The position numbers were made by a program, and so were the translations under genes. A stretch of 63,817 bases of DNA, filler included, from Folioceros fuciformis (Eukaryota): NCBI GenBank assembly GCA_049999805.1. It is 11 parts of 11 records of this genome, joined end to end, with 100 filler letters (N's around TTAATTAATTAA, not from the genome) between each part and the next. Parts side by side here need not be neighbours in the genome. Positions count along the whole stretch, not along the records: positions 21,560 to 42,503 come from JBNGIO010004925.1; 10 more parts are not named here. One strand, 5' to 3'. The notes below the pieces were generated by a model. That model saw only the letters and a program-made list of their open reading frames with translations, searched no databases and was not told the origin of the DNA. Positions 23,258 to 33,961 of the stretch are shown here, piece by piece; position 1 is the first letter of the stretch, and every line of letters starts with the position of its first letter.

Positions 23258-24135
23258 TGTAGGGTTATTAAAGCCCAATGTGCTTAGGCTAATGTGTTTA
23301 GTCTAAGATTAGTGTCTAGTTAATGTGCTTAGACTAATGTGTTTAGTCTAAGATTAGTGTCTAGTTAAGTATAATTAGTTTAGATTAGCTTAAGCTAATC
23401 TGTAGGAAGCTTCTTGCGCAGCTTCCTGTGAGCTTCTTGTGAAGCTTCCTAGGGAGCTCTTCTAGAGGGTATAAATACCCCCTTGAGCTCCCTTGCCAAC
23501 TACTCTCATTGTGACTTCTTTTTCTCCTCTCCTCTCTGCCTCCTCTTCTCCTCTCCTCCACCATGCTCCTCTAGTGATCCTACAAGTGGTATCAGAGTAG
23601 GTTGTGGAGCAGGTTGTGGAGCAAGACCATGAAGATGGCCATCTAAGAGGGGGAGGGGCGCCACGCAGGCGCCATCTCGACGCCATGTAGGCGCCACCTA
23701 GTCGCCACGCGGGCGCCACTTGGGCACCACCTCGGCGCTACCCAGGTGCCACTTGGGCGCCACGCGGGCTCCACTGGGCGCCACCTGGGTGCCATCAGGG
23801 CGCCACTTGGACGCCACCTAGGCGCCACCGGGCACCACGTGGGCGCCCGTGACGCGCGAAACGAGCGTGCCAGTGAAGCGAGGACCCGATTGACGAGCGC
23901 CGGAAAGTGAACAAATCGCAGACGCCGGGAGCGAGAGTGTGGGCGCCGTATTGACCCCGGCTGAGGAAGTAAGGATCTCGATCAGACATAGGAGGACATT
24001 CCTGTTATGAGCGACAGAGGCCCAAGTTGTGGACATACGATTCGGAAGAAGTTATGAGGGTAACCTGTAGAATCTACATTTCATTTCGACCAATTTCAAA
24101 CTAGCTTTTTGGTTGATTTGGATCGATTTTGAAGC

Positions 24136-24963
24136 ATGACGTCCTCAGATAACGTCATGTTCAATATCGAGAAGTTATATGGTACTAACTTCCCGTTCTG
24201 GAAAGAACAAGTGTATAATGTTCTAGTACGGAAGAAGCAGATCAAGCCCATCAAGCTGCTAGGAGTGAAACCTGTTAGCATGACTCAGGATGAGTGGCAG
24301 GATCTAGATGAGCTTGCTAGGTCTACCATCATGCTAACAGTGTCGAAGTCGGTCTACTTCAACGTGAAAGTCAAGACCACAAGTTTCGAGCTATGGCAGA
24401 AGCTGTGTGACTTGTATGAGAAGCAAAGTGCGGCTTCTCAGGTGTATTGGTTGAAACAGCTGGTGGACTTGAAGATGAAGCAAGGGACGAGGATGTCCGA
24501 TCATCTAAAGGAGTTCAATACCATTTTCAGCCAGCTCTCATCTCAAGGTATCTCGTTCCCAGATTCCGTGAGAGCTATGTTTCTGTTGGTCACATTACCA
24601 GAGAGCTGGGACACCTTTCGTACGGCTCTGAGTAATTCCGCTCCTGCCAGTGGTCTTACTGTTGTAAATGTAAAAGGTAGCCTGTTAACAGAGGAGGTGA
24701 ACAGGAAGAATATGGAACCTTCGAAAGGTTCTAATGCCCTCATGGTGAGAGGAAGGTCCACTTCAAAGGGGAAGTACAAGGAGCGAAGTTCTTCCCGTAG
24801 CAAATCTCGTAGTCGTAACAATGTTGAGTGTTACCATTGTCACAAGAAGGGTCACATCAGAAGGGACTGCGAGAAGTTCAAGAAGGAAAAAGGCAAGGAG
24901 AAGAAGCAAAGCAACAGCAAGGTATTGACTTTGATGAGATTTTCTCACCAGTTGTCAAAATGA
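24136..24963 (+). CDS. Copia Gag (275 aa) with CCHC knuckle; terminates after the deletion junction
   Basis: Uninterrupted ORF, near-identical to the copy 1 gag up to KKEKGKEKKQS. Confidence 0.8.
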   Translation: MTSSDNVMFNIEKLYGTNFPFWKEQVYNVLVRKKQIKPIKLLGVKPVSMTQDEWQDLDELARSTIMLTVSKSVYFNVKVKTTSFELWQKLCDLYEKQSAASQVYWLKQLVDLKMKQGTRMSDHLKEFNTIFSQLSSQGISFPDSVRAMFLLVTLPESWDTFRTALSNSAPASGLTVVNVKGSLLTEEVNRKNMEPSKGSNALMVRGRSTSKGKYKERSSSRSKSRSRNNVECYHCHKKGHIRRDCEKFKKEKGKEKKQSNSKVLTLMRFSHQLSK

Positions 24964-26052
24964 CTACCTTGAGATGTGTTCTTGGTCTGGTTGCGAGGAA
25001 CGACATGGAACTTGTCCAGATGGATGTGAAGTCGGCATTTCTGCATGGTGATCTCCAGGAAGAGGTATACATACAGCAACTAGAGGGTTTCATTGAGAAG
25101 GGCAAAGAGAGTCTGGTGTGCAAGTTAAAGAAGAGCCTTTATGGTTTGAAGCAGGCACCCAGGGAGTGGTATTTCAAGTTCCACTCATTTATGCTTTCTC
25201 AAGGCTACAAGCATAGCGATATGGATCATTGCCTCTATACGAAGCAAGCTAACGATGGAAGCTTGCTCATTCTAGTCCTCTATGTGGATGATATGCTTAT
25301 TGCTGGGACTAACAGTGATGAGATTTTAGCATTGCAGTCAAAGTTGAATGGTCGCTTTGACATGACAGACTTGGGGGAGGCAAGCCATATTCTTGGCATG
25401 CGTATTCGTCGAGACAGACAGAAGCGTTTGATGTACTTGTCTCAGACAGAATACATTAACAAGGTGCTTCAACGTTTTAATATGGAGAAGGGGAAGGTCT
25501 TAAGTACTCCGTTGCCTCCATATGTGAAACTTTCGAGCAAGGATTGCCCAAGTTCTGCGGAGGATAAAGCTGAAATGGAGAAGGTTCCATACTCATCAGC
25601 TGTAGGGAGTTTGATGTATGCAATGATTGCTACACGTCTTGACATTGCTTTTGCAGTGGGAGTGGTTAGCAGGTTCATGTCAAACCCTGGCAGGAAGCAT
25701 TGGGAGGCAGTGAAAGGAGTTATGAGGTATTTGAATGGTACAAAAGCTTTGTGCTTATGTTTTGGTAGTGACTGTTTCAAGGGTGAGCTGTTTTGGTTTT
25801 GAATGTTTCAAGGGTGAGCTGCCAGTGTTGCATTGTGATAGCCAGAGTGCTATCCAATTGGCGAAGAATCCAGCGTTTCATGCGAAGACCAAACATGTGG
25901 AAGTGAAGTATCACTTCATTCGAGAGGTCTTGGAAGACAAGAGGGTACAGCTTGTCAAAGTTCACACCAGTCAGAACCCTGCAGATGTTCTTACCAAGGG
26001 GCTCCCTACGGAGCAATTCGCACAAGCTCGGATACTCATGGGCATGAGCTAG
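24910..26052 (+). pseudogene. Truncated RT and partial RNase H of family X copy 2
   Basis: QQQGIDFDEIFSPVVK, QMDVKSAFLHG, LYVDDML; RNase H resumes only at LHCDSQSAI, so the catalytic N-terminal half is missing. Confidence 0.9.
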
Positions 26053-28141
26053 ACCACTCTCTTATGAAGGTAAATTGGCCTTTAAGTGGGAGGTTGTAGG
26101 GTTATTAAAGCCCAATGTGCTTAGGCTAATGTGTTTAGTCTAAGATTAGTGTCTAGTTAATGTGCTTAGACTAATGTGTTTAGTCTAAGATTAGTGTCTA
26201 GTTAAGTATCACTAGTTTAGATTAGCTTAAGCTAATCTGTAGGAAGCTTCTTGCGCAGCTTCCTGTGAGCTTCTTGTGAAGCTTCCTAGGGAGGTTTTCT
26301 AGAGGGTATAAATACCCCCTTGAGCTCCCTTGCCAACTACTCTCAATGTGACCTCTTTTTCTCCTCTCCTCTCTGCCTCCTCTTCTCCTCTCCTCCACCA
26401 TGCTCCTCTAGTGATCCTACACCTTGGCTAGTGCTTGTTTCTAGGCCAAGCTACAACTTAGATCGAAGCAGCTAGCCTTCTTGGCCTTCCTCACAAGCGT
26501 CCTCGTGCCAAGTATGTTGCCTTTGGTGGGTTGCTGCCCTACTTGCCTGCCTTGTGACAAGCCTACCTCTTGTGTACAGCCTCGAGCCCAGCGGTAAGCC
26601 TTCGCACCTCAAATGAACTAATGTTAGAGCTGGGCTCCCTCTTCTCGAAAGCCAACCTCCTATAGTACTAGTCCTATTTCTCAATGGCGCCTCATGTTGT
26701 CAAGCTACTTGGCAGCCTCTCCTTATTGCCCTCCTTGCTACCCCCTCCCCTCCCTACTATCCGGCCTTTGGACTCTAGTCGGATTTTTGATGGATCCTTA
26801 TTAGAAAGGGTGAAAGAAGCAACCCATGACATTGGGGCGAAAATGGTGGAGAGCCTGGCTTTGGCATTCTGCATGGTGGCCACCAAGGAGGAGGAAAACG
26901 TGGCTACGTCCGCCCAAATGGTAGAAATGATGGTTGAGGTGGACACTGTTTGGATTGTGAAGGAGGAAGCTACTTGCTAGAAGAAGGAGACGAAGGCTAC
27001 TGTTTAACACGCATTAAACTACGGAAGGCAGCCTAATTTGTGAGGGACATGGAAAAATGTAGAGATGTGCAGTAATTCTTCTTTTATTACAACAGATCGT
27101 TTAGATTATTGTTCATGTTCTTATGGCAGTGCCTGTGAAGAGGTGTGACAGTTGAGCAAGATGTCTGTTCAGGCAGCGGGTGTCGGTTCATTGAGTGGCG
27201 CAAACTGTCTTGTTGGTGGGTCTTCATCACTCCTGCTTAGTTCAAGCCATCTCAAGAATGCTGCTTACTTGCAATGTTCACTAATCCTAGGGATGCTGTT
27301 AGTGACTCATGGCAGATTCTAGGTGGTGACTTCGTGAATAAGTCAACAAGGTTAGATTCTGTGGGGATGTAGACTATTTTAACAATACTGTTGGTAGATC
27401 AAATCGCATAGACCTTCTGCAGTTATATGTTGGTTTGTTTTCCGAGCGATCATGGGTCGACTCACCGTGCCCACATTTGTTGTTCACTCGGGGCTCCTGC
27501 TTTGTCTCAAGTTGTGAAGAACATAGAAGAAATCCTAAAAGGTAGTGGTGCAAGTTGCTTTTCACTTGTCGAAACGATCATAATGTAGGCACCCTATATC
27601 TCATGACTTCTTGACACATGTAGATGGCTGGCAGGAACAGAATTGCCATGAGCACGCATCTCAAGTAATGTTTACATTGCGTTCGTGGCATGCTCTGTCC
27701 GTCCCCCATATACTGGATCACTCTGTTTTTGGGGTGGTCTATGGGCAATAGCCGCAAACGGAAGTTTCCGTATGTGGCTGTTGTTGATGGACTGTTTACC
27801 ATTTTAGTAAGTCTTATTAATTATAACCATTTACATATTGGGTCGATCTTCCCATCATTGGAACACTAACCCCGTATGTTTGCAAGTATCATGCAGTCGT
27901 TCACGAGAAAGCCCGCCTCCATTGCAACTCGCCCTTTTTGCAGCCTGCCTCCATTGCCGCCCTACGAGAATTGCATTGCTCACACTGTTGTTCGCAGGCC
28001 GTCCTTGCTCGCAGGCTGTCCTCTCCGCAGGCCAATTGCCTCGCTTGTGGCTTGGACAATTCTCACTTGCAGCTTAGACAACTCTCACTTGTCTATTGCC
28101 AATTCTCCTTGTTTAGGTTCAATTTTTTTCATTGAAGAACA

Positions 28142-28993
28142 ATGGACCTCCCGAACTTGCTGGAATCTTCTATTTCTTCTTCTCAATATATTGCACCGTC
28201 TTCTCAACCCCCTGTACTACTCACAGCACGAGCTCCAGCACCTGTGGTTGTCACCAAGCCAAAGGTCAACTTTGCAGCATGCAACACTTTTGCCTTGATT
28301 GCAGCTTTTGAAGACATCTACAGGGAGCACCTTCAGCGGGGGAATTTGGCAGCCCACCACTGTGACAACATTGCCGTGCTAATTTCTCCTTTGTGTCAAG
28401 GTTTTCAGCTTACGGGAATTCAATGCAGGAATAAGATGAACAGTTTGAAGCGGCAATATAAAGCGGAGGCCAAGAAGCTCACAACCAGGGTGTATGCCTT
28501 GGGTGTTTTGGGAGGCCATGGATGCATTCATGAATGACAATCCTAAGGTAGTTGGAATTTCGAACTCTCATGATCCTGGGCTTGTTGATTTGACGACTTC
28601 AGATTGCTGCTCCAAGCAAGCTGCTGTTCCTCTCAGCACTGTTGAAGACCCCTTTGTTTCTACGGCGGACCCCCCACATGTGGCTACTATTTCACCGAGC
28701 TTGCTAGCCTCTTTACCATTGGAAGAAGAATGTGGTGAATCTCCTACAAGAAAGGTAACCAAGTTGAAGGGTGTAACAACTAAGAAAGCCAAGACTAGAA
28801 AGCGTAGGTCTGATGAATCAGGGCTTGATAGAATAGGTGATAGTATTTTTAGGTTTGCTGAGGTTTTTGCGAAGATTGAGACAGTAAAGTTAGAGAGCAT
28901 GCAAGTTGCGGAGAAGAGTAGACTAGAATAGAGCTTAAAAATCTTAGAGCTGCAACAATACATGTAGTTGGAGGTTGCAAAGCTGCTAGTATA
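28142..28993 (+). pseudogene. Myb/SANT-like (trihelix) protein, probably the PIF/Harbinger accessory ORF; frameshifted
   Basis: ALIAAFED...TGIQCRNKMNSLKRQYKAE then, after a frameshift near 28494, PWVFWEAMD; C-terminal coiled-coil with in-frame stops. Confidence 0.78.
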
Positions 28994-29099
28994 GTCGTAT
29001 AAAAGAGCAAGGAGCAGCTCCCCTTCGAACTAGCTACAAGTGTTGTTCGTATTATAAGAAATGCTCAAAAACTATGAATGTGAATTTCTGACTTCGGTC

Positions 29100-29548
29100 T
29101 TCATGAAAAAATACAAACAAGCACTTCAAAGAAAGCTTGTTCAAGTGCTTCACAATGATGCATAGCACGTTTTGTTTGGACAAGTTTGCTTTTCGAAACA
29201 AAGCCTGAAAGTAACGGGATTGTTGTTTGTGTTGTGTGAAAGCATAGAAACTAGAAACCATCATATCTCACTCCAGTTGTGATGAAAAAAATGCAAGTGA
29301 GCACTTCAAAGAAATCTTGTTTCAAGCGCTTCATAATGATGCATAGCACATTTCATTTTGACAAGTTTGCATTTAGGAAAGAAGCCTAAAACTAACGGGA
29401 TTGTTGTTTGTGTTTTATGAAAGCATAGAAACTAGAAACCACCGTATCTCACTCTAGTTATGACGAAAAAAATGCAAGGGAGCACTTCAAACAAAGCTCG
29501 TTTCAAGGCTTCACAATGATGCATAGCACGTTTCATTTGGACAAGTTT
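29100..29548. repeat. ~180-bp tandem repeat, ~2.5 copies
   Basis: GCACTTCAAA at 29121, 29301 and 29482; ACGGGATTGTTGTTTGTG and GAAAGCATAGAAACTAGAAACCA recur. Confidence 0.9.
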
Positions 29549-29618
29549 TTAGTTTGGAATGTAACTTGAAAGCAACGGTCATTGAGACCAGTCGCCATTG
29601 AGAGTCGCCCCCCCCCCC

Positions 29619-30920
29619 TTGCTACTAGACAATACATGTAGAGAGAATAAGAACCAGCTATTATTTGCGTATTTGAATATGTGAGTGAAAATGGGAAAAT
29701 TTGAGAAGGTGAAGGTAGGCTTGCTTCTGATAGACCATACTCATCACCAGATTGATCAAATGTTTTCCTGTTTTTCAAAGAGCTTATGGCACAAAGAGGT
29801 GCATACATTGGTTGCCTTGACGGAGATATTGGTCACGGTGTACACTCCTTTACCAAAGGTGATAGTACTAACACAAATACTTGATTTCAGGTCTTTCGTT
29901 TGGCCGGTCTGTAGAGGTGATGAGAGACAAACGTATGCTGCGGTGGTAAGGAAGTTGAACAATTTGTCATTCCAACACCAATTCAAGATAACACATGAGA
30001 ACGTAATAGACAAAGGGCTTACAACCATCATCCGCAGTAAGCAATATTCAACAACTTGCCATTGGGAGCCGGAAGGAGGTTTGGAGTTTTTGAGACATGT
30101 ACCTATGGCTGAAATTGGGGCAAGTCCACTACTGGCTTTGCGTGCGCGAGATAAAAAGGGGTTGGACGGTGGCTTGTCGCCCACCCAGGGTTTAGCACAT
30201 GTGAAGGCAGGGCTTATGGGGTTGAAGCCTTACATAACAACTGGAGACAATGAGTGGTGGGAGAGCTTCTGGAAGGACCAAGAAGAGATTGCAGTCATTG
30301 TTGAGAACAAGATCAGTGTCATGCTTCAAGCGCCGTGGAGATGGTACTCCATGGTGGCGATCAAAGGATCAGTAGAACCCATTATTATGCTAGACGTAAG
30401 TTTGCTGGATGATGCTTTATTATGTGACCTTCCTTGTCGCGATATGTACCTTGGAGGATATCAAAGCCGCCAAAGACAACGAGAAGAAATGGACAAGTTG
30501 AATGGAGATGTTTTAGAAATACGAAAGGACATGTATATTGCGACACCTTGCTTGACTGACATGCATAACAAAACATTTTGGATTGCAAGGGTTATTGAAG
30601 TGAGGCTTTAGGTGGAGAGGCCATCATTGTTAGGGCACTAGTACTTGACAGAGCACATTGATGCATTCGAGAGGAAGTATGTCGAGGAATACATCATGCG
30701 AGGAAGGGTGCCTGACGAGGGAGGGCGTTCCAGGCAGCATGAGTAGAAATTTGTTTCCCCTAAGAACGTACAAGAAATTTATTTGAATGATACTATTATC
30801 TTGTACTATGGGTTCAACCTAACTGCCCGCAAGCACTTATATGCAGTGGACAAGAAGGCCATTAGAGACAATCTTAGTGCATTGTGTGGGTGCATAGAGG
30901 CACAAAGTGAGACAGGTTGA
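29619..30920 (+). pseudogene. 5'-truncated DUF7869-like (putative transposase-related) ORF
   Basis: LLLDNTCRENKNQLLFAYL...GKFEKVKVGLLLIDHTHHQIDQMFS fits the LDN-x2-ENKN / GHTH-x2-IDQ-x-FS signature I recall for this family; in-frame stop at 29682-29684; ORF 29685-30611. Confidence 0.65.
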
Positions 30921-31719
30921 GATGACAGTGATGATAACAATGATGATGACGTTAGGTAGACGATGTATGATGATGTTCTGGATCAAGTTGTCAATGACAG
31001 TTGCGAGCTGTTATTTCGAAATTAGATCATAGACTGCTAGCGGTAAACACCCATTGTCCTCTCTGTATGAACCGTTGACAAATAGTTAGGATTTACATAT
31101 TTTCATCCACTTTGGTAGAATCCATTGTGACAGACGGCATCCATAGTCATCAACACTCGCCTTGTGGTAAAGATAAAGCCATATATATAACGAAGTAGTC
31201 TCCATTCGTGGTATGGCCGACCTTTGTTACTGCCTACTAATACACCATGGGGGTATGTATATATCGACACAAGCAGTATGATCGGACGATAAAGGCAGTG
31301 GACGCCGGCTGGCCGGCGCCTACCAGATGTCTCGGGCCAAAACACTCCTAGTGTTTAAAATGTCAGTGACCTCGTAGTACGTAACCTTGTGAGCACTTTC
31401 AGAAACCTTTCCCTTCACCATGTGACATATCCTCAACGATCATGCTAGATAGTGTGAAGGCGAGCATAGGACATTAGAGGCAATCGTAACACGGCTCTAA
31501 GCACGCACTCTTACCCAAAATCTAGACACATGGAAAGGAAATACCGGCTTGCATGGTCTGCCTCATGGGCTCAAAACAAGGAGACACACGTGGTTCTCGC
31601 AAATCACCGACCATGTGTGTTGACACCAGGTTATGAGAATGGTAGGATCGGCGAGCACACTGACCTTGTTTTCCGGCGTTCATTTCCGACAAAGGTTTAA
31701 AAAAGCCCTAGTGGCTATC

Positions 31720-32620
31720 ATCGTTGACCTTAATACAAGGATATCGTACCTTTGTCATCCTTCATGCATGTTCACCCCCTTGAAAATTCATCGTGGAATC
31801 CACCATGACAATGGGCTCTCTGCATATGCTGTTCTCGATAAGGCACTGCCATAAACTACTATTCCGCAAAATTCCAACATCATTAGATCCTCCGGGACTA
31901 TTGACACATATATCTAAAAACAAATGTTGATGGTCACATACAGCCTGTAGAACAATATAATGCATGTTTGTAACGCTTGCACTGATATGCTGCTGGCGTG
32001 TACCTTGGTGGCGGCTTAGCAGTGAACTTGATCAAAGAGCCATCAATAGCACCTACAATGTTAGGTAGTAGAGTCCACTTCTCAAACTTTGCAGAAATGG
32101 CTTATTGACGTTGTTTTGATGGAATGCTGATGAAAGATGAGTATAATTTTTTGGGATCACTTAAGATGGCCACCACAGCCTTGGTGTATTGCACCACTAT
32201 TGCGACACCTACACCATATTTCACGGCCACTTCATACGGGGCAACCCTCTTCTAAGCTGACAATATACCATTGCAACAGCTTTCTCAAAGTTCAATTAAA
32301 GCTCTCGGTGAACTGCGAACAAGAAAGGGGCAAAGTTGCTCAACCAAAACCATGAAAGTTGTTTAAGTCATACGATATTGCCGCCTCTACTTCTCATCCC
32401 ACACTAAAGGTGAAAGTATTTGCCATGCTTGCATGTGCAACCTCTCCCAAAGACCTTGCCAACTTGGAGCTTTCCACCAAACCCTCGAAACTCCCTGTTG
32501 CAGCTATGACCAACTGTATGAAACAACTCATTACATTACTCTATAAAATATCATCACTTTATATGCTAGGACATAGCCATTCTGTAGAGATATTCTTAAA
32601 ATATTCTTCTAAAATAAAGA
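31720..32620 (-). pseudogene. PIF/Harbinger (HARBI1-like, DDE_Tnp_4) transposase relic
   Basis: QYRMT*TTFMVLVEQLCP, LPNIVGAIDGSLI, IVLQAVCDHQHLFLDICVNSPGGSND; stops and frameshifts; 3' end truncated. Boundaries approximate. Confidence 0.85.
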
Positions 32621-33559
32621 ACTAAATAAACCCTAGTTTCATCCATAGCCAAGAAACCAAGGAGCGACAAACCGAGAGAAAAGACTAGATATAAGAATAC
32701 CAAAAAAAGTTCTTGTGAACCAAAGTTCCAGTAGCCCGAAATGCCGGGTCAAGCCCCGGATCGTATGGTTCACCTTTTGGTCCAACAGCCCCGAGTTAAA
32801 ATCGCCTACACGGTCTGTCCGTCGCCCGCTATACACAGGCTTGCGGACGGACCGAGGGGGTTTCCAATGTACACAGTACTTCACCTCAGGTGGTGGCAGG
32901 TTCGCTGATCTTGCCCACCTCAAGGCAGTGAATCAAATTCACTCTAAATGTAAGCATGCCTGAAAGTGGAATGCCTCGTACTTGCCACAGTAGCTTGCCT
33001 GAAAACTAATGCAAGACTGCCGGTGCATATAGACTTGACACGCCATGCGCCGTCGCGATCCACTTATCAGGTGGCTCCATAGCCTTCGAGCCCTTCTGAA
33101 CCTTGGCTTTGTGCTACCTTCCCTAACCTCTGACAGATAGGTGCCAACTGGTGAAGCCGCTGTCCGATTGCAGGACGAGTTAACTGTAGTGACCGGAGTT
33201 ACGAGCTTGCAAGTTGCCAAGCACCGGATGCTGCACCTGTGACACGAGCGCTAAGAAAGCACCTTATCGCCCGGCCATTGGAGAGAAATCGGAATCCCTG
33301 TTGAGAAAACATGTAGGAGATGAGTACCGTAGGGCGGTAGGCGTATCACCTTGGTAACTGTCCGTTCAGTTAGTAAAGGTCGGTTATTGGCAAACCCTAA
33401 TGAACGATGCGGTGGAGGGAGTTGCTATCTTGTGTGGCAAGCGTGACGTCGTTCGCATCCACAACTTCCGAGTTCCGGCTTGCGCATATATTTCGCTGCT
33501 GGATCGCGGCGTGATTTCGAGAGTAGAGACACATTAAAATCGAGAGCGTGTTTTACAGG

Positions 33560-33796
33560 ATGAATTTGGGAGATGGGGCCGGCGACGGTTTCAGGCGCAC
33601 AGGGACGCCTTTCTCTCGCATCGTGAACCCGGAGCTTTATGTCAAACCCAACCTCACGGTGGGTCTCATGGGCACTACCGTCTTTGTCGTCCTTCTCTCG
33701 AATTTCTGGTGGCAGCGGCGTAGCATGGAGAAGCAACGGGAAGTGAGGCTGAAGAATGCCCCGAAACCCGTGGAGGTTCTGCACCGGGATGATTAG
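33560..33796 (+). CDS. SMIM8: SMIM8/DUF4500-like single-TM microprotein, 78 aa
   Basis: FSRIVNPELYVKPN followed by a hydrophobic helix; resembles SMIM8 FRAVNPELFIKPN+TM as I recall it. Splice acceptor TTTTACAG ends 1 nt before the ATG; telo-box at 33392-33400. Confidence 0.75.
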   Translation: MNLGDGAGDGFRRTGTPFSRIVNPELYVKPNLTVGLMGTTVFVVLLSNFWWQRRSMEKQREVRLKNAPKPVEVLHRDD

Positions 33797-33961
33797 CAAT
33801 CCTGGGATGGTGCTGTACACATGGTCGTCGAGAACACGAGCAGGAAGTTAGATAATCGTAGTGATAGTAGTTTCATAGCGAGCCTGCCAATTATGACAGT
33901 TAGTAGAGATGAGAAAATGTCTTCCCTTTTCTTTGATTTTGTATTCCTTTCAGCAAGCAGG

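Larger units (their letters stand above)
23258..26421 (+). mobile_element. Family X copy 2: two-LTR, internally deleted non-autonomous copia (gag intact; protease, integrase, RT N-terminus and part of RNase H deleted)
   Basis: LTRs 23258-23584 and 26095-26421 (327 bp each, 6 mismatches counted by eye); PBS TGGTATCAGAG at 23587-23597; PPT AAGTGGGAGG at 26084-26093. Confidence 0.95.

Noticed and set aside
27660-32880. Harbinger terminal inverted repeats
   Set aside because: Only weak similarity between ~27670-27705 and the complement of ~32840-32875; no convincing TIR pair or TAA/TTA TSD.
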